This document shows positions 1-16,049 of a stretch of 64,000 bases of DNA, in pieces. A program made the translations under genes and the position numbers. The notes below the pieces were generated by a model, which worked only from the letters and a program-made list of their open reading frames with translations, had not been told where the DNA came from and did not search any database. How positions within the stretch are numbered: the first letter of the stretch is position 1; each line of letters starts with the position of its first letter. Source of the stretch: the human T2T-CHM13v2.0 reference genome, Homo sapiens; the NCBI RefSeq assembly GCF_009914755.1, contig NC_060944.1; one strand, written 5' to 3'.

Positions 1-292
1 TTGGTACTCAGCTCCTGGCACTCAGGAGGAGCCCTCTATGCTTGTGTTGAACTGAATGAATTCTCTCCCTTCTTTGCCCCAATCAAATGTTTCATTTCCT
101 TCAATCCTCAGCTTAGATTCATATCCCCAGTCAAGCCACTGCACAGTAGCTCCCTTATGAGACTTTGTTTCAGGAGGTGTTCATCTATATTGTACCGTAT
201 TCCTTCTTGTTTATGTACCAGGGTATCAAAATTGGAACTTTTTCTCCTCCAAAACAAAGGGTTGATTCAGGAATGGCAAGGAATTGCCATTC

Positions 293-620
293 AGGCACAC
301 GTGCTCAGGCGGATCACAGGCCACACGTGCTCTGGCGGATCACAGGCCACACGTGCTCTGGCGGATCACAGGACACACGTGCTCTGGCGGATCTCACAGG
401 ACACACGTGCTCTGGCGGATCTCACAGGACACACGTGCTCTGGCGGATCACAGGACACACGTGCTCTGGCGGATCTCACAGGACACACGTGCTCTGGCGG
501 ATCACAGGACACACGTGCTCTGGCGGATCTCACAGGACACACGTGCTCTGGCGGATCACAGGACACACGTGCTCTGGCGGATCACACAGGACACACGTGC
601 TCTGGCAGATCTCACAGGCA
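293..620. repeat. Minisatellite/VNTR, 12 units of 26/28 bp (CAGGACACACGTGCTCTGGCGGATC[TC]A)
   Basis: CACGTG at 298,324,350,376,404,432,458,486,512,540,566,594. Confidence 0.97.
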
Positions 621-1229
621 CAGCCTCAGAATGGAAACTTTGACCTAAGCCAGTAGACATCAGGCACCAGTTAGTGTGACACTTGCTGGAGGAGTTTTGA
701 AATCAATCAGTCAACAACTCATTTCCTGACTTTTGAAGTCCCTTACCTATTTCAAGAATATTGCAGTGGAGAAACTGCAGATGGAAGAGGAAGGGAATTA
801 CAGGATTTCTTTGGAGAGAGAGCTACTGCAGCCTGTGGCTGCTGTTCTCTCAGGGGGTGAGAGAGGAACTCCTTCCTTCACCCAAACCCAGAGAATGGGA
901 CGACCCAGTGGTGAAATCCAGAGACAGGCTGGCATGCCTTTTCTGCAGAAAGCATGAAAGTTCAAGGGGCCTATGGCAGGGGTGGTAGGGGGCGTGAAGG
1001 ATGTGGGTGGGATGTAACTCCATTCTCACTGATAAGGGGCAAGGACATGGGAGAGAGGCTGACCTGGGGTCCCTTCCAGAAGACAAAGGGGAGTCCAGTG
1101 GTGAGAACCAGTGGTGGAGGGGCCTGCCTGAGACCTAGGGCCAGAAGACAGCCCACTGGAGAAGCACAAGCTAAGCTGCAGCTGGAGGGGGTTTACCAGA
1201 GGTCTTTAAAGAGCCCCTGAAGCCAAGCC

Positions 1230-1359
1230 TAATAGCTCACGCATGTACTTCCAGCTCCTTGGGAGGCCAATACAGGAGGATCACTTGAGGCCAGGAGCTC
1301 AAGACCAGCTTGGGCAACATAGTGAGACCCCATCTCCAAAAAAAAAAAAAAAAAAAAAA
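1230..1359 (+). mobile_element. Alu monomer (FLAM-like)
   Basis: left-arm Alu sequence plus A-tail. Confidence 0.8.
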
Positions 1360-1874
1360 GGGAAATCAAGGTGTCAGCCGGGCAAAGAAAAAAACAGAAA
1401 ACAAGAGCCCCTGAAAGTGCCCAATGGGAGGCAGGTTGGGGCTGGAGGCTATGGAGCCAACTCAAGACAAAACCAGGCTTTGGTGAGGAAGTCCCAAGCG
1501 AGAACTTACTTCCCTGCCCAGCGTCCCACCTCACCCCCAACTTGCAAAGAGGAGATGAGTGTGGAAGAAAGACGCCAACCATCCCACACCCCCACAGGGT
1601 GGCTGTGTCAGGCAGGCCTTGAGGGGGCAGGCAGGTGCAATTAGTTCTCCTTAGAGCAAAGCCCGAAGTGTGGCTGCCTCCACTGGGCTAAACCCTCCAT
1701 GGGTCTGCACCAGGATGGTGTTTGTGACATCAAGTCATCACAGGACAATTTCCTAGGACTGAGCAGAAAAGGCTGGCGTCCACATCTCCCTTCAGTCCAC
1801 TGCCAGGAGAAAACTTCCCACTCTGAGTAGATGTGAAAGGGATAGCAGGTGACCGAAAAGTTCATTTCCACTAA

Positions 1875-2175
<301 letters not shown>

Positions 2176-2511
2176 TCATGGCATCCTTGTTCAGCACACT
2201 AGTTACACTCGTGTATCTAGTACATTGTTCTCTAGTTTTTATATCTGGTGTTCCAAATGTGACCCTCAAAATTTAAATACCTGCCACAGTATCTAATGCT
2301 GCCTGGGGAGTTCCCATGGGCAGGGGCAAGCATAGCATTTGGCAGACCAGGAGGGAGCAGGGCCGGCAGGGCCGGCAGCGCTGATCCACCATGGCAGGAA
2401 CGTGTGCCAGTTGTTTCAGCAGTCTGGGCTTCGCTTTCCTCATTGCAGTGAAGGTTTTAGAAAACTGTTAAAAACACTGTGGACACTAACATTTTTAGTC
2501 AAAAAAACTCA

Positions 2512-2820
2512 GCCAGGTGCAGTGGCTCACGCCTGTAATCCCAGCACTTTGGGAAGCCGAGGCGGGCAGATCACTTGAGGTCAGGAGTTCGAGACCAGCC
2601 TGGCAAACATGGTGAAACCCCATCTCTGCTAAAAATACAAAATTAGCTGGGCGTGGTGGCAGGCGCCTATAATACCAGCTACTCTACTCAGGAGGCTGAG
2701 GCAGGAGAATCACTGGAACCCAGGAGGCGGAGGTTGCAATGAGCAGAGATCACACCATTGCACTCCAGACTGGGTGACAGAGCGACACTCTGTCTCAAAA
2801 AAATGAACAAACAAAAAACC
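2512..2820 (+). mobile_element. AluS
   Basis: Alu dimer consensus match. Confidence 0.9.
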
Positions 2821-3354
2821 TACCCACACAAAACAACCCGTGGACGGATGCTGACCTCAGTATGTACTGAGCATCTGAGCTGTGTTCATCCTTCCCAGAG
2901 GGAGGGGTTTGCCCAGGAATTCCCAGAAACGAAACAGCTGTTTCCGGAGAAGCAGCATCAATATCTTATTTTAGTGGCATCTGTTGGACACTCAGTAAAG
3001 CACTGTCTGTGTTGTTTTCAAAGTTTATTTTATTATTTATTACATTTTTAAGCACAGATTTCAGGCTTGGGAGACGTACAAAGATGACACAGACATCCCT
3101 AATTATTAAGAACTTGGCCAGTATAAAAAGGTGGTAGACACCAAGGAATAAACTAGGGTTGTATTTCATAGAGGTGTCTATGGATGGACTTGTGGGGGGT
3201 TAAGGGGAATTTGGTGGACCCCTAAAATAATATGTAAATGTTTGGTTATGTGAATAGATTAATTTTGGGCGGAAGAAGGTCCATAACTTTTCCTAGATTT
3301 CTCGATTTAGCAGCGACTCAAATAAAAATCACTGGTATAAAATGAAGTAATGAG

Positions 3355-3959
3355 GGCTGGGCACGGTGGCTCACGCCTGTAATCCCAGCGCTTTGGGAGG
3401 CTGAGGCGGGCGGATCATGAGGTCAAGAGATTAAGACCATCCTGGCCAACATGATGAAAGCCCATCTCTACTAAAAATACAAAAATTAGCTGGGCGTGGC
3501 GGTGCGCACCTGTAGTCCCAGCTACTCAGGAGGCTGAGGCAGGAGAATCGCTTGAACCCAGGAAGCAGAGGTTGTAGTGAGCCAATTGCACTCCAGCCTG
3601 GCGACAGAGTGAAACTCTGTCTCAAAAAAATAAAAAGAAAAAAGGAAGTAATGAGGCCAGGTTCAGTGGCTCACACTCTCACCTGTAATCCCAGAACTTT
3701 GGGAGGCTGAGGCAGGAGGATCATTTGAAGCCAGGAGTTTGAGATTAGCCTGGGCAACATTCCAAAGCCCTGTCTCTACAAAAAATACACAAATCAGCCA
3801 GAAGCAGTGGTGCACACCTGCAGTGCCAGCTTCTTGGGAGGTTGAGGTGGGAGGACACTTGAGCCAGGGAGGTCTAGGCTGCCTGGACTCATGTTCACAG
3901 CACTGCACTCCACCCTGGGTGATAGGGTGAGATTCTGTCTCAAAAAAAAAAAAAAAAAA
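3355..3959 (+). mobile_element. Two tandem Alus (AluS 3355-3645, AluJ 3655-3959)
   Basis: two dimers with A-tails; GAAGTAATGAG flanks the first. Confidence 0.9.
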
Positions 3960-4269
3960 GTAACTGAACTGTAGAGCTAGAGCTAGTGGTTGAGTACATC
4001 AAATGTAGCAGCTGTTCTTCTAGACAAGAACATGAGCTCAGTGGTTTATTTCATTATCATGAATATCAGTGGAAACATAAATAATAAAGGATATCTCAGG
4101 ATATACCAGAATGCCTCTTGCTTGTTCACTTTGAGGGAACATTTCCCTTCTTATCTTTACCTCACGTCTTGTCTCTCTTGGGACTATTCCCTGCCCAATT
4201 ATGTAACCAAAGCAGTACCTACCTCATTCACAAGTGTAATAGTTTATTTGAGTAGCTCTTGCTAAAAGA

Positions 4270-4626
4270 TATTAGAAAGCATGATGCAAACTGAGGCTTC
4301 AAAGTATTTATACGCTGGGGGTTGCCCAACTGGAATGCTCCTTATTGGAGCCCAGCCACCATGTTGAGAGGAAACCTAAGCTAGTCCCATGGAGAGGCTC
4401 TTGGACCACATGGAGAGCGGTCCGGTTGTTCCAGCCATCCCGTGTAATAATCCATGTTGACCCATGTCAACAGCCGGAATGAACTGCCAGCCATGTGAGT
4501 GAGGCCATTTTGCATAGTTCAGACAAGCCAGTACTCCAGGTGATGCCACAATAAGTGATTTTGTTGTTTTAATACACTAACTTTTGGGGTGTGTGTATTC
4601 TTTTTCAGCAATAGATTACCGAAACA
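4270..4626 (+). mobile_element. MLT1-family (MaLR) LTR relic
   Basis: GGAGCCCAGCCACCATG... and 3' end ...CAGCAATAGATTACCGAAACA typical of MLT1. Confidence 0.65.
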
Positions 4627-4630
4627 ATAA

Positions 4631-4789
<159 letters not shown>

Positions 4790-4973
4790 TAATTGATTTT
4801 CTATTGCTGTCTTCTAGTCCCTCTTCTACTGACTACAGCTACTTTTGCCATTTTTTCCGTTGTGTGATAGATGCTTTCAGCACTGTATTCAGTAAATAGC
4901 CTGTAGCATCCTTTTTAAAAAAAAAGCCCTTCCAAGTAAAGGCATATTTCAAACTGTATTAAGAATATTTTCT

Positions 4974-5263
4974 GGCTGGGCATGGTGGCTCATGCCTGTA
5001 ATCCCAGCACTTTTGGGAGACCAAGGTGGGCAGATCCCTTGAGCTCAGGAGTTTGAGACCAGCCTGGTCAACATGGCAAAACCTCGTCTCTACAAAAAAT
5101 ACAAAAATTAGCCGGGCGTAATGGCGCTCACCTATGGTCCCAGCTACTCGGAAAGCTGCAGTGGAAGGATTGCTTGAGCCTGGGAGGTGAGGCGGCAGTG
5201 AGCCATGTTGTACCACTGCACCCCAGGGTGACAAAGTGAGACCTTGTCTCAAAAAAAAAAAAA
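4974..5263 (+). mobile_element. AluJ
   Basis: Alu dimer plus A-tail; GAATATTTTC TSD. Confidence 0.88.
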
Positions 5264-5654
5264 AGGAACAGAACGTGAATATTTTCCATCATAATGACAG
5301 TCACTGCTGGAGTTTGTAAACGTACTCAAGAAAGATTTTCTTCATTAAATACATATGTCAAATAAATGGAGATTTGTGACCATTCCGTCAACTGTCATTT
5401 CTGTATCAGCTCAACAGTGTGGTACAGGTTATTAGCTGGTGCTTGGAAACAGGCACATTACAGGAAGTGAACTAGCATCATCACTGCAGTCCTCAACACA
5501 GAATTCCCATTCTGCTTTATCATGGTGCAAAGGACAAATCCGCATGTGAAAGGAAGGAAAAGTAAAATTTTAACAAAAACGAGTTGATGAGTTGCCCCTT
5601 GTTGTTAAAATTTGTTTAATTTTAATTAATTTTTATAGAAATAGCCAATAACTG

Positions 5655-5890
5655 CTTCATTCAACAGATATTCACTGAGTGCCTACCACGGGCCAGGAAT
5701 ATTCTTAAGTGCAAGATATAGCCATATCCTGAAAAAAAAGTGACATTGCTGTTACTGAGATGTGGAAGACAGCAGGAAGAGCAGATTTTTGAGAGAAATC
5801 CAGGAGTTTGGTTGGAAAGGAGTTATTTTGGTAATGTCTATTAGACATCTACGCAGAGATGCCAAGTGGGCTGAGGACACATATCTGAGA
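5655..5890 (-). mobile_element. L2 3' fragment
   Basis: CATTCAACAGATATTCACTGAGTGCCTAC, reverse complement of the L2 3' end. Confidence 0.65.
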
Positions 5891-6164
5891 GTCCAAATTG
5901 GCTGATTTGCTTAACCTCTAAGCTTCAATAAAATGGTCAATATAATTCCTTTAAGCATTAAAAAATGTAATTTTAAACAGGAACTATTTTGAGTATTATT
6001 TCTTTAATTGTCTGGTGGTTAAAACCATTTTACCTTTTGTGACTTTTTAAAAAATTTTACTTTTTTTTACTTTTTGGGTTTAAGCGATCCTCCCGTCTCA
6101 GCTTCCCAAAGTGCTGAGATTACAGGTGTGAGCCATCATGTCTGGCTATCTTCCATGACTTTTA

Positions 6165-6793
<629 letters not shown>

Positions 6794-8396
6794 TGAAGAT
6801 CTTATCTGAAGGTCAGGCTGATCACAATGACATCTTCTAAGAAATCTAGTGGAAATAACTGTATTATCATATATGTCATATATGAATGAAGACTGGTTTT
6901 AAAAATTTATGGTTTTATCTGGCTAAATTTTAGTCCTATTGCTAGGAGTAAGTTAATTTTTAAAAAGTATAAATCTAAGAAAAAAAGAAACAAAGTATAA
7001 ATCTAATGCATCCCAGTAAGGATTTTAATTTTAAAGAAATCTAAGAGAGTATAACTGTTTTAGAAGTGATTTGGGAATAGAGTTGCTGATATTGGCCAAA
7101 GACCCAGTCAGACTGTGCAAGCATGTCAATAAACATCTATGTCCAAGCAATGGCGAAAGTTCACAAACACAGGACAACAAGTAGACTCCCATCATGATAA
7201 GAGTTATGTCAAAGAGTGTCACATACAAGGACACAGAGAAAAAGGAAACTAGTAATTCAAAACAATAAATTAAAAGAAGAAAAAAGCTGCAGGCATGCTG
7301 TAAATGTCCACCTCAAATGAGCATTTCTGACCTGCGAGTAGTGACTATCGGGCATGGGGTCAGTTTCATGGGTCTTGACCAACATTGAACACAAAGTGGA
7401 AAAAGAACTTCCACATCAAGATGGTGGATGGAAATACACATCTGATAGCTTGTACCCCAAACTCAGCTAAAACTGCAGTAAAGGAATTCAAACATACAAG
7501 CACACACACACAAATCCACAAGGACCAGGAAGACAGGCATCAACCACAACACAAGTTTGGAAGCTGCAAAGCATATGGACAAGTGGCAAAGGATCTAGTA
7601 GACTAAAGAAAGCGAGTCCTGACCAGCAGAGGGGAAGGCTGAGAAATAATGAGGTACGCAGCAGACTCCTCCAAAGATGCGGGCACTGGCATCCCCAGAT
7701 GCTGAGGTCCTGGAGGAGAGGAAAGGAGCAGCTGAATTAAGGAGGCTGGGGTAAAAAGGTGCTCAAGGTACAAACAAACCCCTAGATCCCTGTCCCCACT
7801 CCAACTTGTTCTCTCTCAGCAGACACTGGGATGCTTCTCTGTGGAGGGTAAGACAGAGGGGTCTCTAGCCTGGGGAATACCAAGCATAGCTGGACTCAGG
7901 TGCAACAAGAAACAGAGAGCATGGGGCTATATGCACACACACCCTTCCCACTCAGCTCCTAATGCTGACATCAGACCTCTACTCTCCAGTCTGAAGATTC
8001 ATCTCTAAGAGAGCAGACCAACAAAGAGAAAAGACTTTAACACACTGACCTCAGGGATCCCTCAACTAACAGCCCATCCAGATACCCCACAGTAAAAGAA
8101 CCTCTGATTTGAGAAGGCCCATGCACTTGTGTGGAACTTCCAATCAGCATTTCCATCTCTCTTCTCTGTATCATAAATAACCAAGGGTTAATGGGCACTT
8201 GAGGAAAGCCTCCAGTATGAACAAATAGACCCAAATAAACAGATTAGGGAAACTTAGAATGGTATATGCTGTGGATTCTTTTAAAACTTACTTTTTTTTT
8301 TCAGAGATGATACTCCACTCAAAAACAAAACAAAAAACAAGCAACAAAAAAAAATCCCAGAATGTTATTTAGAAATTTTTTTAAAAAAGCTTTTGG

Positions 8397-9361
<965 letters not shown>

Positions 9362-10275
9362 TCAAGCTCTTGGAAATCTTTAAAAGGTATGATAGTAGAG
9401 GGAAAAATCATAGAAGGATTGGAAGGTAAAGTTGAAGAAACAGAGTAACAGAGATGGAAAAATGGGAGTGAAAAGATAAAGTGGAAGGTCAGTAAAGGAG
9501 TTCTAACATCTGAATAACAGGGATAAGAGAAACCAAAAAAAATCAGAAATCATAAAGAGAAATCAGAAAATAAACAAAGGGAGGCAATTATCAATGAAGT
9601 CATTAAATTCCCCAGGACCAAGAAAATATGATTTTGATTGAAAGGGTTCAGCGTGCCAAGCACAGAGGATGGAAACACCCTCTCCAAGGCATGTGATCAT
9701 GGACCACTGGAGGAAAATAAGGTTCTAAGAGTTACAAGAGAGAAAGAAAGTGGTCACATACAAATGGCTGCTAGACCACAGACCAATGCCTTCAAAATTT
9801 CAAGTAAAAATGTTATCGAAATACACACTATTAAAACTATCAATGATGGGAGAAGAGAATAAAGATATTTTCAGACATTTCAGATCTCAAAACTTTTACC
9901 TCCTACACACGTTTACAGGGAACCTACGCAAGGATGCATGCCACCAAAAAGAGGGAATAAGTCAAAATAGGAATACACAGGACACAGAAAATAGGAAATT
10001 TAACATAAGAGGCAAAGAGAATCACCAGGGTGGTGGTATGCGAAAGTCAATGGAACTACAGAGATCTCGCACATGGCTGAGACCATGAAGGTATTATGTT
10101 CCTAACACAAATGGCTTAAACACAAGCTGCATGACTCTTAGATTATCTGAGCAAGAATGCTGTTTCCTAAACTGAAATACAGAAATTAAAAATCTGCCTG
10201 AATTCAACTGATTCTATATAGTCTTATACACTTCTATATGCAGGTATACATGAAGCTGGTAACAGCACTGGCGTT

Positions 10276-10420
10276 GGCTGGGTGACATGGCTCATGCCTG
10301 TAACCCTAGCACTTTTGGAGGCTGAGGCAGGTGGACTGCTTGAGCTCAGGAGTTTGAGACTAGCCTGGGCAACATAGCGAGACCTTGTCTCTATTTTTAA
10401 AAATAAAACAAAAACTAAAC
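10276..10420 (+). mobile_element. Alu monomer (FLAM_C-like)
   Basis: left-arm Alu plus A-rich tail. Confidence 0.8.
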
Positions 10421-10497
10421 AGTAGTGGCCTTTAGGGCAAGTGGGTTGTGGGCCCCTAGCAAAGAGATGAGGAGAATGACTTTTCACCATTCACCCT

Positions 10498-10503
10498 TTT
10501 ATT
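10498..10503 (-). terminator. Candidate distal polyadenylation signal of NANP
   Basis: TTTATT on + = AATAAA on -; consistent with recalled ~11 kb gene span. Confidence 0.5.
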
Positions 10504-12252
10504 TTTTTGACTTGTGTACTACAAGTAGTACTTGTTCAACAATGAATATATTCCCTAATTCAAAAAAGAATGGAATGAAAAATATCATCACACGTAACAA
10601 GAATGTTTTATGAAAATTAAACATATAAAACTGGATCCCATACACATATTAATGTTATACTATAAAATGTTATATTTATATTTATTTATATACATGTGTT
10701 ATATTTATATTTATATATAGTTACAGTGTTATCTAACACTATAAATGTGTTAAAGAGGTTATGATAGAAAATGTTTCTTACTGAAGGTTGCAAAGAAGTT
10801 TGAAAGCAATAAACCAAGAACTTTGGTAAAGACCTGCTTTCCTACAATACTGAGCATCCACTGGGTCCTGGGCACTCCCAGATCTGAGATGTTCGTGCCT
10901 TGTATGTGGAGGTGCACATGGAACCAAACCTCCCCACCAGGTGCTGGTATTCCAGGTGCAGTGTCCATTCATGTCTGTTCTAGGCCCACCTCTGTAAGCA
11001 GTGTTAGGGAGGGCCTCTGGCTTTGTGTGAGAAGGCCACTACAGGGAAACTTTGAAAAAAAATAAAGATGACAAAACATCACCCATAATTTTAAGGAATA
11101 TTATTCTAAAACAAAAAATATTAATAAAATCATAGGTTTATTCCAATATTTTAAAATATTTTCTGTAACATTCCACTCAGAAGGTAGATAACCACAAAGT
11201 TCTTCCCTAAGGAAGGGTGCAAATGGAATGTAATACATTACTGTACTCTGTAGAATACAAACTGTGAAGACAAGGAAATTTAATTATTCAATTTTTTCCT
11301 TCTACATCATTTCTGCTGGAGAACTGCTCACTTAACATCCTAGAAGCTATCCTGTTGAGATTTGCTACCATGATACAGGAGTGATGAACCTTCACTCTCA
11401 GCATAATGAATGTGACACTGCCTACATCCATCCTGTGGGAGAGTTAAAAGGACAAGCCCCCTGCAGCACACGCCAACCAATCTATCAGAGCAATCATGCA
11501 TGTGACTACTTCTGCCAAAATCCTCCAACTTAATTTTTAAATAGCTAAAATATGATCAAGGTCATATGGGTACTGCATTTGAAACTACAAACATCCTCTG
11601 TTCACAAATGTTCACTGTTATAGCAACAGCACTTTGGTACAGTCAAGGGCACAATCACATTTTTAAAAATCTAGAGCGAAAAGTAAACACGAAAGGGCAT
11701 TTGCATGAGGCAGAGAATTCTGTTTCTTGGCAGTAGACAGAAAACTGGCTAAAGAAATAGGCTCACAGATAGGTACAATCTACAATTTGATTCTCTGAGT
11801 ATTAGTCTTGAAGACATAGCTATACACATCCCAACATATAGCCTACTATTTTACATTAGTAGTTTCTTATATAACAGTTGGAAGAAAAACATATCAAAAA
11901 CCAACCTAAATCATATTTATTAACCACTTTAATAAGCCCCTTTATACTTTCTTTTTTTTCAACCACTTTACTCCAGGTTTGGTTAGTATAATCATGAGAC
12001 TGTCTAGCCTAATAGTCTAGAGAAAATTCTCCGGTTCCAAGACGATGCCTTGCTATGTAGCCATTAATTATTAAGCTCCTGGTAAACCCTGAATTAGATA
12101 TAGAAATTTGCAAAACAATGATATATTTCCAAGAATGTGAAAAACAGAGGAAATTTAAGGCAGATGGTAACTCTAAGAAGAGTCACACGAGTATTAAATT
12201 GGCCCTCAGGAAATGGCTCATAGCAAAATCTAATTTTCTATCAGATGAGGGG

Positions 12253-12539
12253 GCCAGGCACAGTGGCTCATGCCTATAATCCTAGGACTTTAGGAGGCTG
12301 AGGTGGGAGGATCACTTGAATCCAGGAATTCGAGACCAGCCTGGGCAACATGGCAAAATCCCATCTCTACAAAAAAACACATTAGCTGGGCGTGGTAGTG
12401 TGTACTTGTAGTCACACACACCCTTGGGAGGCTGAGGTGGGAGGATCACTTGAGCTCAGGAGGCAGAGGTTGCAGTGAGCCGAGATGGTGCCATGGCACT
12501 CCAACCTGGGCGACAGAGATCCCATTTCAAAAAAAAAAA
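12253..12539 (+). mobile_element. AluJ inside the probable NANP 3' UTR (antisense in mRNA)
   Basis: Alu dimer plus A-tail. Confidence 0.88.
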
Positions 12540-13470
12540 GGAACAGATTGGGGGCTGCATTGTTAGGCTACACTGAGGAAATGTTCCTCTTATGGATCCA
12601 CAGAAGAAAAATGACTTTTAGTGCCACGTGCCTTGCAATTATCTCTAGCAAAACAGCCTAGCTCCCTCAACCCCACTGTGTGTCTGGGAAAAGACAGTAA
12701 AAACATTTCCTTGAGAGGTGAAGACTAAAAGGAAGCTACCGGCTCACTGTGCACAGGTGAGAAAATGTCACGGTAAAGGAGCACCATGTGTTGATTTTAA
12801 CAGCTTTTTCTAACTGGAGGAATCTGTCACATGCCATAGAAAAATTGCTCCCTGCCCTCTGAAAAAAAAAAAAATGTCATACAGAAAAATCAGGTTCATA
12901 AAAGAAAGTATACATCCAAAGTAGGCAAAAACTATGGTTTATGTTTTCAAAATATGCAAAATAATTTCACTATATAATACCTTGATTTGCATGTGACTTA
13001 GTACTTATTTCATATTAACCAGATTCACTTGCTTTCATAAATCTGTGTTTTAGAAAATCTATTTTTTAAAAATATCTATTTTTAAGCCAGAAGATAAACC
13101 TTACATTTGTGCATCCATGTGTAAAGCAATCCTGCTTGGCATTATGCAGCCAAGATACTAAAAGATTAATAACATAATTTTAAAAAGCTCCAGATACAGA
13201 CTAACAAATAATATATTTCCTTAAATTTTCTGGGCTATACTACTGACCTGAATTCATGCAATCTGAATTTTCAGATATAAGTACCACTCAATGGTTGGTT
13301 GTTACAACTTAGAAGCAATAGGGTTGGGAAGACCTTCAAAATATTGGCCATTAAATCATAAGTAAAATTATTCTTAGAGCTGGATTATCATAAGTGGAGT
13401 GCCCTAACTTTTCTTATTTCATACTCAGCAAATTGATTCTAACATTCATAATCATGCCCTTTTATGTGCT

Positions 13471-14127
13471 TTAAGTGGACATACTGACTTTGCAGTCTAT
13501 ACTTTGTAAGAGAGCAGGTAACTCTAGCACAGAAGAAACCATGTAATGCGGAACTGGGGAGGACTTCAGTGGCACTATTCCATTTTTATTGATCCAGACT
13601 GTTGCTTTCAATCCTGCATTGAGGCCTCCTTGGATGTCGGTTTCTAATGTGTCACCGACCATCACACAGTCCCCAGGTTGTACTCCGAGAAGATTGCAGC
13701 AGTAATAAAATATGGACGGTGCTGGTTTCTCCTCTCTCTGCTCTCCACCTACAACAACAGCGTCAAAATAGGACTGACAGGCACAAGCCTCAATCTTCTC
13801 CCTCTGGGTCTGTCTGTCCCCATTCGTTAATAGAAGTAGGCGGACCTCCTTTCGAAGTTCAGTAAGCATGGCTTTGACGTCTTCTGCTAGTGTCATATGC
13901 TGTAAACGTGTAGATTTCCAAAGGAAATAACATTCTTCAGCCAATTTTCTATTGGCTGCACCACCTTTTGTTTCCTGGATTGCTTCTTCCCAATGTGAAG
14001 TCCTTAAATCAGTAATGCATGTATTGTAAGGATGAAAACATTCCTTGCTGAGTTTAACTTGAACTTTATCACAGATGATTTCAGCCTCTTCTTTATAATG
14101 GTATTTTGATTGTAAGAGTTTTATCAC
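13471..14127 (-). CDS. NANP: NANP coding exon 2 (218 codons + TAA); joined protein 248 aa N-acylneuraminate-9-phosphatase
   Basis: AG acceptor at 14129-14128 directly before GTG(V); HAD motifs II (LLTNG), III (EEKP), IV (GDTLETD); joins exon 1 in frame; sequence recognised as NANP. Confidence 0.97.
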   Translation of the reverse strand: MIKLLQSKYHYKEEAEIICDKVQVKLSKECFHPYNTCITDLRTSHWEEAIQETKGGAANRKLAEECYFLWKSTRLQHMTLAEDVKAMLTELRKEVRLLLLTNGDRQTQREKIEACACQSYFDAVVVGGEQREEKPAPSIFYYCCNLLGVQPGDCVMVGDTLETDIQGGLNAGLKATVWINKNGIVPLKSSPVPHYMVSSVLELPALLQSIDCKVSMST

Positions 14128-14392
14128 CTAAATAATGGAAAATAACTCCATTAACACATTGCATGTCTTTAGTAGTCATGCCCTAGGAAGCTGTGATCCT
14201 ACAAGTGGCTGAGAGAGTCCAACTCCACTCCTCTGCTTTAAAGCAGCTACTAACTACACCGTTTCTGGTGGGAATTGGCCTTATTTTTAGAGACAACAAA
14301 GTGAGGCTCTCCCAACTGCTCTAGAACTCACTCATTTTTTAAAGCCAACTTCTTCATATATAGCTAGTAACAATCCTTTGTTTGGTAGTTTA

Positions 14393-15362
<970 letters not shown>

Positions 15363-16049
15363 CCAATTCTGTACTTTTGAGTTAAATACTCCCTCTTCCT
15401 GCGTTCCCAAGGCTCTTTATGTGGCTTTTATAACACTAATCCATTTGGCCTGTCTTGTAACTTTTCCTAAAACCCCTAATGTGGCAAGCATTGTACTACA
15501 TACTTACATACATTATTTCTAAACTTTTCTACAATCCTGCAAGACAGTTCCATGTTCCAAATTAGGCAGGGAAGTGCAGAACTGTTAATAACTCGCCCAT
15601 CTGGGATCTGCATCCATACCTGCTTACTTCCAAAGCCCACATGCTTGCCTTTGCACTATGTGTTAAGCACTAGAGACTGGCCTTTGTCGTTGAGGCATTA
15701 TCTGGTGGGGAATATAATATACAACCACTACAAATCATGGGCCGGGGGTGGGGGAAATGCCATGACAGTAGTTTGAACAAGCTGTGGGAATAATATGGAA
15801 GTCATTCCACAGGGTAGCTGGCAGAGGAAGTCACATTGAGACCAAGGAGTAAACAAGCAGAAAAAGCGGGTTTGGGAAGAGAAGAAAATCATTCCAGACA
15901 GAGGAACAGCATGAACAAAGGCCAAGAGTTTAAAATTTTGTGGAAAAAGCAAGAAGCTGAGTTGAGCCCAAATGGAGGCATGTGAGGGAAGATGCCAAGA
16001 GATGCAACTGGGGAACCTGTTCACAGATAGTTTGTGAAGGGCCTTGAAC

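Larger units (their letters stand above)
10480..13470 (-). other. NANP: Probable long NANP 3' UTR (~3 kb)
   Basis: repeat-poor AT-rich sequence downstream of stop; minus-strand AATAAA hexamers at 11916-11921, 11137-11142, 10681-10686, 10498-10503; exact end inferred. Confidence 0.6.

Noticed and set aside
293-620. CRISPR-like array
   Set aside because: No unique spacers, head-to-tail units, no cas genes, primate context
1-656. Three overlapping ORFs with 18-aa repeats
   Set aside because: By-product of a stop-free minisatellite open in all three plus frames; non-ATG starts and no gene structure
13471-14127. Stand-alone 218-aa protein starting at GTG
   Set aside because: It is NANP exon 2; HAD motif I is on exon 1 and an AG acceptor precedes it
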